Assembly: GCA_044892525.1 (NCBI GenBank)
Contig: CM097885.1
Coordinates: 252,092,001 to 252,156,000, forward strand
Reading direction: 5' to 3'
Length of the DNA: 64,000 bases
Source: Schmidtea polychroa
Lineage: Eukaryota
Position numbers and translations under genes: made by a program. Position 1 is the stretch's first letter; each line of letters opens with the position of its first letter. Under the pieces are notes generated by a model, which had not been told where the DNA came from, made no database searches, and was given only the letters and a program-made list of their open reading frames with translations. Below are positions 62,191 to 64,000 of this stretch, one piece after another.

Positions 62191-63417
62191 TTACATCTTG
62201 TCAAGGTACATCAATGTTGATAAAATTTTCAAAACTGCGTCATGGATTGTGACAAATGTTATTTTGTCAATGTGATCTTTTGCAAATCCAGACTTGGTCA
62301 ATAACTTTTTCACTCTGAAATTTGGTTCGGCAATGTACACAAAGACTCCTATCTCTTGGTACAGTTTATAAATCTGAACCGGGGGAATCAAACATAAAAC
62401 AATTTACAAAACTTGACTAACGTCGTTCAAAACTCTAACGGCAACATTGTCTACGTAGTTGACCGGCCGGAAATCTAGAATTATGAATTTCAGATTATTA
62501 TTCGACTCATAGTCCTAAAATATTAAATTATAATCTTCGATCCCAGTCATTTTCATTACTTTATATGGTTTTTCCACTGGACGCAACATTGAGGTTTCGG
62601 TTTTAGTTTTGTAAACCTCCGAATTCGGACTACTCAATAGGTCGGTTAAAATACGAGGGTCAACTCGAACCTTTTTGATTAATTTACTTTGAAAATGGTC
62701 AGCATTAGCGAAATATATAGGAGCTTCATATCGAAATATTTTGATACCTGGTATTTCTNNNNNNNNNNNNNNNNNNNNNNNNNNNNNNNNNNNNNNNNNN
62801 NNNNNNNNNNNNNNNNNNNNNNNNNNNNNNNNNNNNNNNNNNNNNNNNNNNNNNNNNNNNNNNNNNNNNNNNNNNNNNNNNNNNNNNNNNNNNNNNNNNN
62901 NNNNNNNNNNNNNNNNNNNNNNNNNNNNNNNNNNNNNNNNNNNNNNNNNNNNNNNNNNNNNATACATCTTTGTAAGTCTTGATATTTTTATATATATTTG
63001 TATTCGGTAATTTTCCAAGAATTGAACTCTTCGGATTATGAAACCTCATATAAACTGTCATCAAGCTAAATATGAATCCAACAAATAACCCATAAGGTAC
63101 ATTTAAAAGAATTGTTGCCATAAAGGATACGATCCAAACTTCCTGAAACAAAAGACAAATTTCTTATTCAATTAAAATCATGACTTACAAAATCAAGTTT
63201 TGATAAATTATATAATCTTGGAAGTTCTTTTATTTGTGAAAGAATTCCTTTTAATGACGCCACAATGATTGTTGCCAGAACACACTATTATCAATATTTT
63301 TGATGGAGATATCAAAATGTTGAAAGAAAGAATGCTTACTTTCGGTAAAGGTTCAAATAAAGGTCCGATGAATAACAATACCAACATCATCAGAATGCAA
63401 GATACTACACTGGCCAA
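62191..63417 (-). CDS. SLC26 family anion transporter, copy 3 (inverted close paralogue of copy 2), 5'-partial
   Basis: Exons 63417-63340, 63284-63189, 63142-62966, ~62760-62560 (start in an N gap), 62514-62422, 62373-62191; same intron positions as copy 2; upstream exons lie beyond 64000. Confidence 0.92.
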
Positions 63418-64000
63418 CTAAATGTAAATAATTTGACATTTAAATCATTGACGGGATAGCCATGAGAAAGAGATGGGGAGTAAATTGAAAACTATATTCA
63501 AAATTTAAATTTTAAAAAAATATTGAAGTCTTAAATTTTACAGTTCCCTACAAGATGGTGCATGTTTATTTATTACAATATATTTATGAAAAAACTTAAT
63601 TTTAATAAGTTGATAAGACGAGTATTTTGATGAACTATGACTCAAAAATCAATAATTAAAAGATAGTTTATATTAATCATATCTTTGTCAATCATGCATT
63701 TGTATTACACGTGTCATTGTTAATCATGTACTTATATTATAACTTATTAGCCATAAAATGCAATTGTTTTATTAACACAATATTTAATTATTATAATTTT
63801 ATTTTATTATTATTATTATCAATATTATTATTTTTTTTGTAAGGAAACAGTAAGGAAACAGTCGGAAAATAACAGTTCTTATTTCTGTATATAGACTAAA
63901 TTAAACAAAGTGTGTTTGTCCAGATACTGCTGTACTTTTGGATCTCTTGGTTAGAGTAGATAGACCAAGATGGTTGATAGCTCGTTCAGTAAGACTATCA

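Noticed and set aside
16978-63151. ORF-track entries containing X runs
   Set aside because: They are artefacts of translation through N gaps; only the parts matching SLC26 exons were used.

Overview
Strongly AT-rich animal genomic DNA, with GT-AG introns that are either tiny (44-63 bp) or multi-kb and TE-filled. The small introns and a spiralian-type twitchin would fit a compact-genome spiralian such as an orthonectid; this is inference only. Host genes: three SLC26 (prestin/pendrin-like) anion-transporter paralogues and a twitchin-type kinase module with no visible flanking exons (59317-60303). SLC26 copy 1 is 5'-partial (+, <1-20961), copy 2 is complete (+, 28978-36692) and copy 3 is inverted and 5'-partial (-, 62191->63417). 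The rest is a dense mobile-element collection: Tc1, two ~3.2-kb hAT transposons with perfect 8-bp TSDs, hAT and piggyBac MITEs (some nested), gypsy and BEL/Pao remnants, Penelope-like elements with minimal hammerhead ribozymes, a Polinton remnant and an actin pseudogene. The most unusual signals are: (i) an intact type I hammerhead whose extended stem I begins with the U1 snRNA 5' sequence ATACTTACCTGGCG (13621-13705); (ii) an 8.6-kb element with ~0.45-0.5-kb terminal inverted repeats (50530-59132) and no recognisable transposase, carrying an inner palindrome, a 7SL/SRP Alu-domain-like RNA at the palindrome centre, a Pol II promoter, an orphan NLS-bearing ORF and a second structured-RNA candidate; (iii) patchy, replacement-rich divergence and probable intronization among the SLC26 paralogues. 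All calls are manual reading; no database searches or folding programs were run.
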